Assembly (NCBI GenBank): GCA_022823055.1
Contig: JAJDXX010000003.1
Span: 8,719 to 72,718 of the forward strand
Origin: Candidatus Binatia bacterium
GTDB lineage: Bacteria > Desulfobacterota > Binatia > UBA9968 > JAJDTQ01
DNA length: 64,000 bases
Reading direction: 5' to 3'
Below are positions 44,107-54,416 of this stretch, piece by piece. The translations under genes were made by a program, and so were the position numbers. Every line of letters starts with the position of its first letter. Position 1 is the stretch's first letter. Under the pieces are notes generated by a model. That model made no database searches. It saw only the letters and a program-made list of their open reading frames with translations, and had not been told where the DNA came from.

Positions 44107-45123
44107 CTAGCACTGGAACCCGTAGAACGTCTGCGGGTTCTGAGCCAGAATCTGCTTCTTGTCCGCGTCGTTCACGTCTTCCCTCTCGGTGAAGGTGGCG
44201 ACGCTGTTGGGCCAACTCGTGTCCCAGTGCGGATAGTCCGAGGCGTACAGCAGCTTGTCCGTGCCCACGCGCTCCATCACGTAGGGAAGGGTGGACTCTT
44301 CCAGCTCGAAGGCATAGTAGAAGGCGCCACCCTTCATGTATTCGCTGGGTTTCGCCTTGAGCAGCGGCGCTTCGCGCGAACCGCGGATCTCGAACTCCTC
44401 GTCCATCCGGTCCATGAGGAACGGCACCCAGCCGCAGGAGGCCTCCATGGCCGCGATGCGCAGCTTGGGGAACATCGCCGGCACGCCCGCGAAGATGAGG
44501 CCGGTGAGGGCCGCCATGCACTCGAACGGAAAGGCCAGCGTGTGCACCGCGATGAACTGGCCGAAACGGCCGTGCATGCGCTGTGACGCGCGGATGCCGC
44601 CGTGGATGGCGAGGCCCACGCCCAGCCGCTCCACCTCTTCGTAGAACGGCCAGTAGCGCCGGTGGCCGATGTCCTCGTCCAGCACGTTGGTGGGCAGCAT
44701 CACGCCCACGTGCCCCAACTCCTCCACCGCCCGGCGCGCCTCTCTGACCGCCTCGTCCACGTCCTGAAGCGCGATCAACGCGATGGGTTTCAGGCGCGCC
44801 GCGTCGGTGGCGCAGAAATCGCTGAGCCAGTCGTTGTAGGCGCGGGCGATGTCCACGGCGAGGTCCACCTCGCGCATGGCGCTCAGGGAGATGCCGCGGG
44901 TGCTGAACACCGCCTGCACGTCGATGCCGTCGGCATCCATGTCGGCCAACTGGACCTTGGGGTCGTTGTTGTCCTTGCCCAGGGTGCCACCGAAGCTCCG
45001 GTCCCACGCGTCCCGGCTCCACAAGAGCCGCCCGCGGTTCTCCGGCCTCAGGTACGGCTGCAGCATGTCCTGCGTCTCCGTCACGTGACCGTCGGAATCG
45101 ATGACGAAATAGCCTTCTGCCAT
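44107..45123 (-). CDS. Amidohydrolase_2 paralog 2
   Basis: AAGGAG then ATG 45123. 'MAEGYFVIDSDGHVTETQ' and 'YASDYPHWD'. Confidence 0.85.
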   Translation of the reverse strand: MAEGYFVIDSDGHVTETQDMLQPYLRPENRGRLLWSRDAWDRSFGGTLGKDNNDPKVQLADMDADGIDVQAVFSTRGISLSAMREVDLAVDIARAYNDWLSDFCATDAARLKPIALIALQDVDEAVREARRAVEELGHVGVMLPTNVLDEDIGHRRYWPFYEEVERLGVGLAIHGGIRASQRMHGRFGQFIAVHTLAFPFECMAALTGLIFAGVPAMFPKLRIAAMEASCGWVPFLMDRMDEEFEIRGSREAPLLKAKPSEYMKGGAFYYAFELEESTLPYVMERVGTDKLLYASDYPHWDTSWPNSVATFTEREDVNDADKKQILAQNPQTFYGFQC

Positions 45124-45299
45124 GTATTCGCTCCTTTTGATGAGATGTGTCAGCGCGGATGTTATTGCACCGTCCCGTCCGATGCAACACGGCGGATTCT
45201 TCTCTTGCACCGCTTGATCGGGACGCAGTAGAGTCGCGTTCTCGGACCGTGCCTCTGCCGGAGGAACGACCGAAGACCACGGGCTTCCCGGAGGACCTC

Positions 45300-46415
45300 A
45301 TGGCCATCAACGCCGAGGCAATCGTTGCGCCGGACGCGGACTACACCCTCATCGACTCCGACGCGCACGTGGTGGAGACGGAACGGACATGGGAGTTCAT
45401 GGACCCGGAGGATGAGAGGTACCGCCCGGTGCTGGCGCCCCATCCCACGGACCCGCAGGTCCAGTGGTGGATCATCGACGGACAGGCCCGCGGCCTGCGG
45501 TTCGTCACCCTCACCGAGGAGGAGATGGCCGAGCGCTCCCGCGCGCAGGGGCGGGACCTCGTCACTCCCATCGGCTCGCGCGAGGACGACGTGGAGCGGC
45601 GCCTGCGGCACATGGACCGGCTGGGCATCGACGTCCAGGTGCTGTTCCACACCCTGTGGACGGTGCCCACCACCGACCGCCCCGAGGTGGAGCTGGCGCT
45701 GTGCAAGAGCTGGAACCGCTGGGTGGCGGACATGTGGGAACGGGGCAACGGACGTCTCCGGTGGTGCACGGTGCTGCCTCTGATGAGCATGGACGCCTCG
45801 CTGGAGCTGCTCCACTGGGCGCACGAACACGGCGCCGTGGGCGTGGCCATCCCGCCCATCCTCGGGCGCAAGCTGCCCATCGATCCCTATTTCCATCCGC
45901 TCTACGAGGAAGCGCAGAGTCTCGGCATGGTCATCGCCACGCACATCGGCAACGGCAACCAGGACATCGTCGACATCACCAGGCCGGCCTACGACCCCAA
46001 TGCCTTCGGCCTCATGCGCTTCCGCCTCCTGACCGCCGGCTCCTGCGAGGGCCTGCTGGAGAGCCAACTGCCGCTCAAGTTCCCCGACCTGCGCTGGGCC
46101 TTCATCGAGGCCGGTTCCATGTGGCTGCCCTGGATGCTCCACGAAGCCAAGCGCCGCAGCCTGCAGCGCGGGACGCCCCTGCCCGACGACGTGCTCAAGG
46201 AGTTCAACATCTTCGTCACCTGCCAGAACGACGACCAGCTCGCCTACACGTACGCCTGCGGGCCGGACAACATCGTCATCGGCAGCGACTACGGCCACTA
46301 CGACGGCTCGAGCCAGATGGACGCCCTCCGCGTCATGCGCCAGCGCACGGACGTGGACGAGGAGACCAAGCGCAAGATCCTGAACGAAAATCCCAGGAGG
46401 CTTTGGCGGTTGTAG
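45300..46415 (+). CDS. Amidohydrolase_2 paralog 3
   Basis: ATG 45300. 'YTLIDSDAHVVETE' and 'IGSDYGHYD'. Confidence 0.85.
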   Translation: MAINAEAIVAPDADYTLIDSDAHVVETERTWEFMDPEDERYRPVLAPHPTDPQVQWWIIDGQARGLRFVTLTEEEMAERSRAQGRDLVTPIGSREDDVERRLRHMDRLGIDVQVLFHTLWTVPTTDRPEVELALCKSWNRWVADMWERGNGRLRWCTVLPLMSMDASLELLHWAHEHGAVGVAIPPILGRKLPIDPYFHPLYEEAQSLGMVIATHIGNGNQDIVDITRPAYDPNAFGLMRFRLLTAGSCEGLLESQLPLKFPDLRWAFIEAGSMWLPWMLHEAKRRSLQRGTPLPDDVLKEFNIFVTCQNDDQLAYTYACGPDNIVIGSDYGHYDGSSQMDALRVMRQRTDVDEETKRKILNENPRRLWRL

Positions 46416-46436
46416 GGAGGGCTCGGCGTACCAGGA

Positions 46437-47582
46437 TCAGAGCCGCGTCGTCTCGATTTCCAGACCCAGGACGTGCTTGCCGGCCAGCTCGTAGTTGGTC
46501 AGGCGCACCTGCTGGTGCTGGCTGATGACGTGGAGGTCCTGGAAGATCCGCTGGATCACGTTGCCCTCGAAGACGGCTGTGGTGCCGGAGAGGTTGTAGA
46601 GGGTTTCCACCGCCTGGATCGCCAGCCGGATGCAGTGGGTGGCGGCCAGACGCAGGCCGAGGCGCCGGTCCAGGGTGAGCGGGTCCGGCGACACGGCCTC
46701 CGACCAGAGGGCCCGGACGGCTTCCCGTATGTAGGCCCGCCCCGCGGCGAGCGAGGCCTGGATCTGGCCCACCGCCACCTGCACCGGCGACTGGTCCCGC
46801 AGCATCGCCTGCATGGCGTGGGGCGTCTTGGCCCCGGCCAGTTCCAGGAAGGCGTCCAGACACGCCTGGGCGGCGCCCAGGGAGAGCGCGGCGTCGCCCG
46901 AGGCGAACAGCAGCACCAGGGCGATCTTGTACAGCGGCCCCGGCTCGCGCACCGGACTTCCGAGTTGGCGGATGACCCGTTCCTCCGGGACGAAGGCGCC
47001 GTCCACGATGAAGTCGTTGGTGCCCGTGCCGCGCATGCCGCGCACGTTCCAGATGTCCACCACCTCCACCTCGGCGGCCGGCACGAAGAGGAACTTCTGC
47101 ACCCGCTCCCCGTCCGGCTCCGGCAGCCACGCGCGCGCGGCGAACCACGACGCGTGAAGGGAGCCGGAACTGAAGCGGTGGCGGCCGGTGACCCGGTACC
47201 CGCCCGGCACGGGCACCGCCTCGGCGGTGGGCATGGACGTGTTGGCCACTACGCAGCGCGGCGTGTCGGTCCAGATCTGCCGGGCCACCTCGTGTTCCAT
47301 GCGCGCCGCATAGGTGGCGAAGATCGAGCACTGGTTCACCAGCCACGCGGTGCTGGCGTCGGCCTTGCCCAACTCCTCCAGCACGTCGACGTAGGACGGC
47401 AGGTCGATCTCGACCCCCTCCATGGACCGCGGCAGGCCGAGCTTGAACAGGCCGGCGTCCGACAGCGCATCGAACAGTACCCGCGGCAACTCGCGCTCGG
47501 TCTCGATCCGATCCGCGCAGCCCCGGATTTGCGGCGCCAGCGACTTGGCCGCCTCCAGCATGGGATGGTTCCTGGATGACAT
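46437..47582 (-). CDS. Acyl-CoA dehydrogenase-fold flavin-dependent monooxygenase/dehydrogenase
   Basis: 'ETERELPRVLFDALSDAGLFKL', 'GYRVTGRHRFSSG' and 'WNVRGMRGTGTNDF'. Confidence 0.8.
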   Translation of the reverse strand: MSSRNHPMLEAAKSLAPQIRGCADRIETERELPRVLFDALSDAGLFKLGLPRSMEGVEIDLPSYVDVLEELGKADASTAWLVNQCSIFATYAARMEHEVARQIWTDTPRCVVANTSMPTAEAVPVPGGYRVTGRHRFSSGSLHASWFAARAWLPEPDGERVQKFLFVPAAEVEVVDIWNVRGMRGTGTNDFIVDGAFVPEERVIRQLGSPVREPGPLYKIALVLLFASGDAALSLGAAQACLDAFLELAGAKTPHAMQAMLRDQSPVQVAVGQIQASLAAGRAYIREAVRALWSEAVSPDPLTLDRRLGLRLAATHCIRLAIQAVETLYNLSGTTAVFEGNVIQRIFQDLHVISQHQQVRLTNYELAGKHVLGLEIETTRL

Positions 47583-47626
47583 CAACGGTGCCCTGCCCTG
47601 CAACTTGTTCCACCCGCGCGCGGGTG

Positions 47627-48937
47627 TCAACTGAGCATTAGCCGGGGCAGGGTCAGCACCAGTGCGGGAAAGGCGATCATGACCGCCAGGTTCAGCATGT
47701 CGAGCAGCACGAAGGGAAAGCAGCTCTTGTAGATCTCCACCATGGACGCATCCGGGACCACGCCCTTGAGCACGAAGAGCTGCAGCCCGAAGGGCGGCGT
47801 CGTGTTGGCCACCTCCATGTTGAGGAGCATCAGGATGCCGAACCAGATGGGATCGAAGCCGAGCTGCGCGGCCAGCGGGAAATAGATGGGCACCGTGATC
47901 ATCATGATGGAGATCTGGTCCACGAACATGCCCAGCACGAGCACGATGAACATCATGAACACCAGGATGACCACGGGCGGCGCCTGGAACCCCGCCACCA
48001 TCTCCACCAGTCCCCGGCTGGCTCCGGTGAACGCCAGCACCTGACTGAAGGCATTGGAGGCGAGGATGATCATGAGCACGATGACGGAGACCCGGACCGT
48101 GCTCATCACCGACTCCGCCACGACCTTGAAGGTCAGGCTCCGGTACATGGCCGCCACCATGGCCGTCCCCAGCGCACCCAGGGCCGCCGCCTCGGTAGGC
48201 GTCGCCACGCCGATGAAGATGACGCCCAGCACCATGAACACGATGAGGCTCAGCGGCAGGAGGTGCAGAACACCGATAAGCTTCTCGCGGGTGGTGACGC
48301 GCGCGACGTCATAGACCGGCGCCGATTCCGGCCGCAGCTTGGCCCGGACTATTATGTAGACGGCATAGAGGCCGGCCATGAAGAGGCCGGGGGCGATACC
48401 GGCGATCAGGAGCTTGCCGATGGATATCTCCGCGAGGCTGCCCAGCAGCACGCCCATGGCCGTGGGCGGGACGATGGCGGCGAGACCGCCGGCCGCGGAT
48501 ATGGGCCCTACCGACATGAGGTAGCTGTAGCCCCGGCGGCGCATCTCCGGGACCAGCGTCGTTCCCAGCATGGCGGTGGTGGCCATGCTGGAGCCGCTGA
48601 GAGTGGAGAACAGGGTGCCGCCGCTCACCGCCAGCAGGCTCAGCCGTCCTGGGATGCCCCCGATCCACTTGTCCAGGGCATCGAGGGTGCGTACCGCGAG
48701 CCCTGACCGGAACATGATCTCGCCCATGAGGATGAACAGAAGCACCGGCGCCAGCACGAAGCTCGCGAGGGTGGCGAAGGCGCTGGTCACCATGAGCCGG
48801 AGCGCCGGAAACCCGCCCATGAACAGGAAGAGCCCGCCGATGTTGATCAGGAGAAAGGCGAACGCCACCGGCGTGCCGGCCACGAAAAGGACCATCAGCA
48901 CGCCGAGCATCAAGGCCAGGACTTCGTACCACTCCAT
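47627..48937 (-). CDS. dctM: TRAP transporter large permease (DctM), operon 2
   Basis: 'MEWYEVLALMLGV' parallels the start of the first DctM. Polytopic. Could start at 48979. Confidence 0.9.
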   Translation of the reverse strand: MEWYEVLALMLGVLMVLFVAGTPVAFAFLLINIGGLFLFMGGFPALRLMVTSAFATLASFVLAPVLLFILMGEIMFRSGLAVRTLDALDKWIGGIPGRLSLLAVSGGTLFSTLSGSSMATTAMLGTTLVPEMRRRGYSYLMSVGPISAAGGLAAIVPPTAMGVLLGSLAEISIGKLLIAGIAPGLFMAGLYAVYIIVRAKLRPESAPVYDVARVTTREKLIGVLHLLPLSLIVFMVLGVIFIGVATPTEAAALGALGTAMVAAMYRSLTFKVVAESVMSTVRVSVIVLMIILASNAFSQVLAFTGASRGLVEMVAGFQAPPVVILVFMMFIVLVLGMFVDQISIMMITVPIYFPLAAQLGFDPIWFGILMLLNMEVANTTPPFGLQLFVLKGVVPDASMVEIYKSCFPFVLLDMLNLAVMIAFPALVLTLPRLMLS

Positions 48938-48944
48938 GGTCCAC

Positions 48945-49493
48945 TCAAAGGGGGTCCACGGCGACCGGACCTGGCTCATCGGGAATCGGTTCGCCTCGCC
49001 TCAGCACTCCGAAGCTCTGCCACGCCTGGCGCAGGAACTCGATGACCAGCAGCACGCTGCCGATGAAGATGGGTAGAATCAGCGGCCAGCGGTACACCCG
49101 CCACGCCTTCAACTCGGCATGGCCGCCCAGATACGACTCCCAGGTCTCCCACGCGCCCTCCCACGCCATCACCACCGCGCCCGTCGCCGCGACCAACGAC
49201 ACCACGACGGCCACACCCACGCGCACTCTCGGTCGAAGCCTTTCCACCAACACCTCCACGCGCGTGTGCGCATGGTCGCGCAATACCCAGGGTGATCCCA
49301 GGAAAGTGATGTACACCAGCGAGTACTCGGTCAAGTCCACCGCCCAGATGGTGGGGCTGTTGAAGAAGTAGCGCGCCACCACCTCGTAGAGCACCGAGAG
49401 GGTGACCGTCACCACCAGGAGCCCCGCGAAACAAGCGAGGCCATTCAGCAGCGAGTCCCAGGCTCGCTCCAGAGTTTGCCCGAGTTGCGACAT
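48945..49493 (-). CDS. dctQ: TRAP transporter small permease (DctQ), operon 2
   Basis: 4 TM. 'YEVVARYFFNSPTIWAVDLTEY'. Alternative start at 49532. Confidence 0.85.
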   Translation of the reverse strand: MSQLGQTLERAWDSLLNGLACFAGLLVVTVTLSVLYEVVARYFFNSPTIWAVDLTEYSLVYITFLGSPWVLRDHAHTRVEVLVERLRPRVRVGVAVVVSLVAATGAVVMAWEGAWETWESYLGGHAELKAWRVYRWPLILPIFIGSVLLVIEFLRQAWQSFGVLRRGEPIPDEPGPVAVDPL

Positions 49494-49579
49494 GATGAGA
49501 ACGGACTCTGTCGCCGCCGGGCCGTCCGCCACGAATGCGGCCGGCCGGGCGGGTTGCGGCGTCTAGTAAACGAGCGTCT

Positions 49580-50569
49580 TCACTTCCCTTCGAAGGGCCG
49601 CGCCAACTCCCGGATCTGCTTTCCGTACTGCGGCGACACCGGCACGAACTTCTTCCAGGAAGCCTCGTACGCGATCTCGCGAAGGCGCTTGCCCTCGTCC
49701 TCGGGAAGCTCGATGATCTGGATGCCGTGCTTCGACACCAGCGTGTCGTGCTCGGCCTGGATGAACTTGTCGTAATGGGCCGGCGCCCACTCCTCCGTTT
49801 CGATGACGGCGTCGGTGAGGAGCTTCTGCTGCTCCGGCGTCAATTTGTTCCAGGTCTTCAGGCTGAAGTACAGCCAGGTGCGCACGGTGAGGAAAAAGGG
49901 TTTCACGATGCAGCAGATCTGCTCGTGGATCTTGGCGCCCAGGGTGCCGATGACGGGAAAGAAATAGCCGTCCACGACGCCCCGCTCCAGCGCGGCGTAG
50001 AGATCGGAGTACGGCATCCGTATCATCGAAGCCCCCAGGGAATCCGCGATGGGCAAGTAGGTCGGCGTGCCGCGAAGCTTCATACCCTTGAAATCCGCCA
50101 GTGTCTTGACCGGTTTCCTGGTGAAGATCGCGTAGCTCACCAAGCCCGACGGCAGCCCAAGGAGCTTCACCCCGGTCCTTTCCTGCTGGATCTTGTCGAA
50201 GAAATCGATGACGCCGCCTTCGCGCAAGCCACTCACGGGGCCCTCGAAGTAGTCGAGGAAGACCCCTTCGGCCATCTTGTCGGTGAAGTAGGCGCCGGTG
50301 CTGTTCAGCACGTCCAGCACCCCGCGCTGCACCAGGCTGAGCATCTCGAAGGCCGGCGCGATCTCGGGGCCGCCCTTCCAGCGCACCTCGATCTTCCCGC
50401 CGGACAACTTCTCCACCCGGCGCTTGAATTCCCAGAAGCCGTCATTGAAGACGAAGTCCTTCTTCCACGCGGTGCCGCCGCTAAGCACCAGGTCGGCGGC
50501 CGGGGCCGCGGTGGCCGTGAACAGAACCAGTGCGAACAGGACGGCGATACAGTGAAGGGCCGCTTTCAT
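49580..50569 (-). CDS. dctP: TRAP substrate-binding protein, tandem paralog A
   Basis: Signal peptide 'MKAALHCIAVLFALVLFTATAAPAA'. Long identical blocks are shared with paralog B ('EMLSLVQRGVLDVLN', 'WNKLTPEQQK', 'YGKQIRELAR'). Confidence 0.88.
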   Translation of the reverse strand: MKAALHCIAVLFALVLFTATAAPAADLVLSGGTAWKKDFVFNDGFWEFKRRVEKLSGGKIEVRWKGGPEIAPAFEMLSLVQRGVLDVLNSTGAYFTDKMAEGVFLDYFEGPVSGLREGGVIDFFDKIQQERTGVKLLGLPSGLVSYAIFTRKPVKTLADFKGMKLRGTPTYLPIADSLGASMIRMPYSDLYAALERGVVDGYFFPVIGTLGAKIHEQICCIVKPFFLTVRTWLYFSLKTWNKLTPEQQKLLTDAVIETEEWAPAHYDKFIQAEHDTLVSKHGIQIIELPEDEGKRLREIAYEASWKKFVPVSPQYGKQIRELARPFEGK

Positions 50570-50602
50570 GATCCACTCCTCTCCCCGGTGCGGTCCCGTA
50601 CC

Positions 50603-51595
50603 CTAACGGTCTTCCAGCCCGCGGGCCAGCTCCCGGATCTGCTTGCCGTACTCCGGCGAGTTGGGCAGGTACTTCTTCCACGAGGACTCGTACGCCATCC
50701 TGCGGAACCGCTTGGCCTCATCCCCCTTGAGCTCGATGACCTTCATGCCGTGCTTGTCGGTCAGCGTATCGAGCTCCTCCTTGATGACCTTCTTGAAGAA
50801 CGCGGGGGTCCAGTTTTCCGCCGCGATCATGGCGTCGGTCAGAACCTTCTGCTGCTCGGGCGTGAGCTTGTTCCAGGAATCCATGTTGACGTACAACCAG
50901 GTGCGCACGGTCCAGAAGAAGGGCTTCAGCATGCAGCAGATCTGCTCGTAGAGCTTGTTGGCGAGGGTCCCGACGACGGGGGAGAAGTAACCATCCACGA
51001 TGCCGCGTTCGAGGGCGTTGTAGACCTCCGGGTAGGGCACCTGGATCATGGTGGCGCCCAGGGCCTCGCCCAAGGGCAGATAGGTGGGCGTGCTGCGCAT
51101 CTTCAGGCCCTTGAACCCGGCGATGCTGGTCACCGGCTTCTTGGTGAAGATCGCGAATTCGACGGGTCCGGAGCTCAGCCCCAGGAGCTTCACGCCGACC
51201 CGCTTCTCGGTGATGTCCGCAAAGAACTTCGTGATGCCCGCCTTGCGCAGCTCGGCGGTAGTGCCTTCGAAGTACTCGAGGAAGACCCCTTCCGGTATCT
51301 TCGCGGCGTCGTAGGCACCGGCGCCGTTGAGCACGTCCAGCACGCCCCGCTGCACCAGGCTCAGCATCTCGAAGGGCGAAGCGATTTCGGGGCCTCCCCT
51401 CCAGTCCACCTTCATCTTGCCGCCGGAGATCTTCTCGACCTGACGCTGGAACTCCCAGAAGCCGTGGTTCGACACATTGTTCGACTTCCACGCGGTGGCG
51501 GCCTTGAGCACCAGCGGGTCGGCTGCCGGAGCGACCGTCGCGGTGAAGAAACCCAAGGCGACAACGATAACGATACAACCTAGTGTCCGTCTCAT
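50603..51595 (-). CDS. dctP: TRAP substrate-binding protein, tandem paralog B
   Basis: Signal peptide 'MRRTLGCIVIVVALGFFTATVAPAA'. Colinear with paralog A. Confidence 0.88.
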   Translation of the reverse strand: MRRTLGCIVIVVALGFFTATVAPAADPLVLKAATAWKSNNVSNHGFWEFQRQVEKISGGKMKVDWRGGPEIASPFEMLSLVQRGVLDVLNGAGAYDAAKIPEGVFLEYFEGTTAELRKAGITKFFADITEKRVGVKLLGLSSGPVEFAIFTKKPVTSIAGFKGLKMRSTPTYLPLGEALGATMIQVPYPEVYNALERGIVDGYFSPVVGTLANKLYEQICCMLKPFFWTVRTWLYVNMDSWNKLTPEQQKVLTDAMIAAENWTPAFFKKVIKEELDTLTDKHGMKVIELKGDEAKRFRRMAYESSWKKYLPNSPEYGKQIRELARGLEDR

Positions 51596-51743
51596 GGATT
51601 CATCCTTCCTTTCAGCGGTTCATCCGCATCACCGTGGTTAGCGGACATCAACGGCGTTCCGGTGCTCAATGCCCGGCCAGACTAGTACCGTTGTCAAAAG
51701 GCTGTCAAGGAATATCGGACACGGGACCGGTGGGAGGGGAAGG

Positions 51744-51816
<73 letters not shown>

Positions 51817-52025
51817 AAGGTAAGGAAAATATGGCCGATATCGCCGGAAGCGTCAACCGAGCCGGCCCAGGACGCCGGTGAGTAATGGGCTCGCGCGGCC
51901 AGTTAGCGATTCGGAGGCAATTCACCGATGGCGTCGAGGCTTTTGTCCCGGCGCGTCATGGGCTAACCTGCCACTCTGAACAAGCGCCGCGCCCCACAAC
52001 GAACGGCACCTCGGGAGGTTTACGT

Positions 52026-53108
52026 ATGACCCTGCTGCTCAGCAACGAAGAGATCGACCAGATACTGACCATGGAGATGGCGCTGGACTGCGTCGAGCGC
52101 TCGCAACGGTCGCTGGAGGCACGGGAAGCGGTCAACAGTCCGCGGGTGGACACCCTCGCCCCCACCGTCGTGGGCGAGACCAAGGGGGTCTACAGCCTGA
52201 AGGCCATGAGCGGGCTCTGGCCCGACGAGGGCATGGCGGCGCTGCGCATCAACAGCGACGTGCTCGTATGGCCGGAGGTGGCGGGCAACGTCCGGCGCGA
52301 CCGGCTGCCGTCGGCGGACGGGCGCTGGAACGGGCTGATGCTGCTGTTCAGCATGGAGACCGGAGCGCCGGTGATGATATGTCCGGACGGCTACATCTCA
52401 CGCATGCGCGTGGGGGCGGCCAACGGCCTGGGCGCTCGCTGTCTCGCGCGCGAGGACGCCTCGGTCATGGCGCTGCTGGGGACCGGGTGGCAGGCGGGCG
52501 GACAGTTGATGGCGCACTGCGCGGTCCGGCCCATCACCGACGTGAAGGTGTACAGTACAAACCCGGTGAATCGTGAACGCTTCTGCCGGGAACTCGCGTC
52601 CCGGGTCGATGCGCGCCTCACGCCCGTGGACTCCGCGGACGAAGCGGTGGAGGGGGCCGACCTGGTGGTGGCCGGGACCAATTCCATGGAGCCGGTGCAC
52701 CAGCGCAGGTGGCTGCGGCCCGGCGTGCACTACAGCGCGGTCAAGGTACAGGAGATGGATTACGATTTCCTGGACGCCATGGACCGGGTCTTCCTGTTCT
52801 CCAAGAACCCCGCCAACATCCGCCCGCAGGTGTACCGGACCCCGGCCGTGGACACGCCGGAGGGTACCGGAGGCTGGTGGTCGCAACGGGAAACGCCGCT
52901 GTGGGAGCGGATCGAGGAGCTGCCCCAAGCCCTCATCGGCGCCGTTCCCGGACGGCAGACGCCTGAAGAGACCACGGCCTTCGTCAACAACGTCGGCCAA
53001 GGCCTCCAGTTCGCCGCCGTGGCCCAGCGGGTCTACCGCGAGGCGGTCGCCAAGGGCGTCGGCCGGGATATGCCCACGGAATGGTTCACCCAGGACGTGC
53101 ACCCGTAG
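52026..53108 (+). CDS. Ornithine cyclodeaminase / mu-crystallin family protein, paralog 1
   Basis: GGGAGG then ATG 52026. 'RMRVGAANGLGARCLAR' and 'LLGTGWQAGGQL' Rossmann. Confidence 0.85.
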   Translation: MTLLLSNEEIDQILTMEMALDCVERSQRSLEAREAVNSPRVDTLAPTVVGETKGVYSLKAMSGLWPDEGMAALRINSDVLVWPEVAGNVRRDRLPSADGRWNGLMLLFSMETGAPVMICPDGYISRMRVGAANGLGARCLAREDASVMALLGTGWQAGGQLMAHCAVRPITDVKVYSTNPVNRERFCRELASRVDARLTPVDSADEAVEGADLVVAGTNSMEPVHQRRWLRPGVHYSAVKVQEMDYDFLDAMDRVFLFSKNPANIRPQVYRTPAVDTPEGTGGWWSQRETPLWERIEELPQALIGAVPGRQTPEETTAFVNNVGQGLQFAAVAQRVYREAVAKGVGRDMPTEWFTQDVHP

Positions 53109-53129
53109 TCGGACGGACGCCGCGAAAAC

Positions 53130-53172
53130 GTCATTCCCGCGGAAGCGGGAATCCAGGCGGCGTGGGGCGGGG
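53130..53172. repeat. Palindromic core element, single copy (locus D)
   Basis: GTCATTCCCGCGGAAGCGGGAATCCAGGCGGCGTGGGGCGGGG, preceded by GAAAAC as at loci A and C. Confidence 0.9.
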
Positions 53173-53183
53173 ATACACGTCTG

Positions 53184-54260
53184 TCAGCGATCGTCCTCGT
53201 ACCAATCGTCGATGGAGAACTCGGCGCCCAGCCCGCGTTCCCTGGCCAGGGCCACGGCCTTGCCGCCCAAGGCCGCGAACTGGGCGCCGAAGCCCACGTT
53301 GTTGCAAAAGAACGTGATCTCCTCATCGCTCTCCCGCGAGCGCGCCTTTCCGGTGATCACCTCCCCCAACTCGGCGTAGTCATCCCACGGCACGTTCTTG
53401 TCGAACGGCGCGAAACGTGGCGCCAGGGTTTCGCGCAGCACCGGCGGGGCGAAGTTCAGGCCTTCATTGCAGCGCCCTTCCCGCATGCTCAGCACGGTGT
53501 AGTCCGCGCGCGCGAAGCTCGCCTCGTCGACATCGCGACCGGAGATGGCGTCGAGGTGCACGCCCTGGACAAGCCAGTCGCCGAAGAAGACCGGATCGAT
53601 GGTGTTGGTGCACACGACGATGATGTCCACGTCCCGTGTAACCGCCTCCGGCGTATCGAACGCGATGGCGTCGAGCCCGAGGTTCTCCCGCGCGTTTCGG
53701 GCGAACCGCTCCCGGTTGGCCGCGGTGGGGCTGAACACCCGGATGGACTCGATGGCCCGGACGACGCCGAGTCCCATGAGCACGCCTTCGGCGAGCCATC
53801 CCGAGCCGATGATGCCGACACGGGACGCCCGCGCCGGCGCCAGGTATTCGGCGGCGACGCCGTGGGTCCCGGCGATGCGCAGCTTCTGCAGGCAGGCGTC
53901 CTGGACCACCGCCTGCAGGTCGGCGGTATCAAGGTCGAAGATCAGGTCGAAAGCGAGGAACTTGCCGTTCTTCTTGGGCACCTTGTCGTAGCGCAGGTTT
54001 TCGCCGATGCGCGGCCAGCGGTGCAGGTCAGGCAGGATGCGCATGCCCACGGAATCGAAGGCCGGCACGATGCCGTCCATGGTGCGGAGCTCGACGAAGG
54101 TCCCGGGGTGGGATGTCTCCGCGAAGGTCTGGCTCCGGGTCCGGGTCACCGCCGTCCCTTCGGTGAGGCTTCGATAGGTCTCCCGCATGACCTCCACCGC
54201 CGTCTCCGGCGAGATGAGATCCCTGACATCGTCGTTGGTCAAGAGAATGGGCATGATCAC
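53184..54260 (-). CDS. Ornithine cyclodeaminase / mu-crystallin family protein, paralog 2
   Basis: 'ILLTNDDVRDLISPETAVEVMRETY' and 'IIGSGWLAEGVL' Rossmann. Confidence 0.85.
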   Translation of the reverse strand: MIMPILLTNDDVRDLISPETAVEVMRETYRSLTEGTAVTRTRSQTFAETSHPGTFVELRTMDGIVPAFDSVGMRILPDLHRWPRIGENLRYDKVPKKNGKFLAFDLIFDLDTADLQAVVQDACLQKLRIAGTHGVAAEYLAPARASRVGIIGSGWLAEGVLMGLGVVRAIESIRVFSPTAANRERFARNARENLGLDAIAFDTPEAVTRDVDIIVVCTNTIDPVFFGDWLVQGVHLDAISGRDVDEASFARADYTVLSMREGRCNEGLNFAPPVLRETLAPRFAPFDKNVPWDDYAELGEVITGKARSRESDEEITFFCNNVGFGAQFAALGGKAVALARERGLGAEFSIDDWYEDDR

Positions 54261-54416
54261 CTCCTGCTCCGTCGCCGCCGGTGCCCTGGACCGGACCGGT
54301 CGTCACCTTGGAGTGCGTGTTCTTGCGCGCCGTTTCTGAATTGCGGTATGGGTGCCAACGTCTCCCCGGATCACCCATCCGCGCGGGGGCACTCGTCAGT
54401 CAAGGGAGGACCCCCG

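Noticed and set aside
51596-51743. Tandem TTGACA boxes (minus strand, about 51692-51708) as a promoter for the TRAP operon 2.
   Set aside because: No convincing -10 hexamer lies at 16-18 nt spacing. It is left unannotated.
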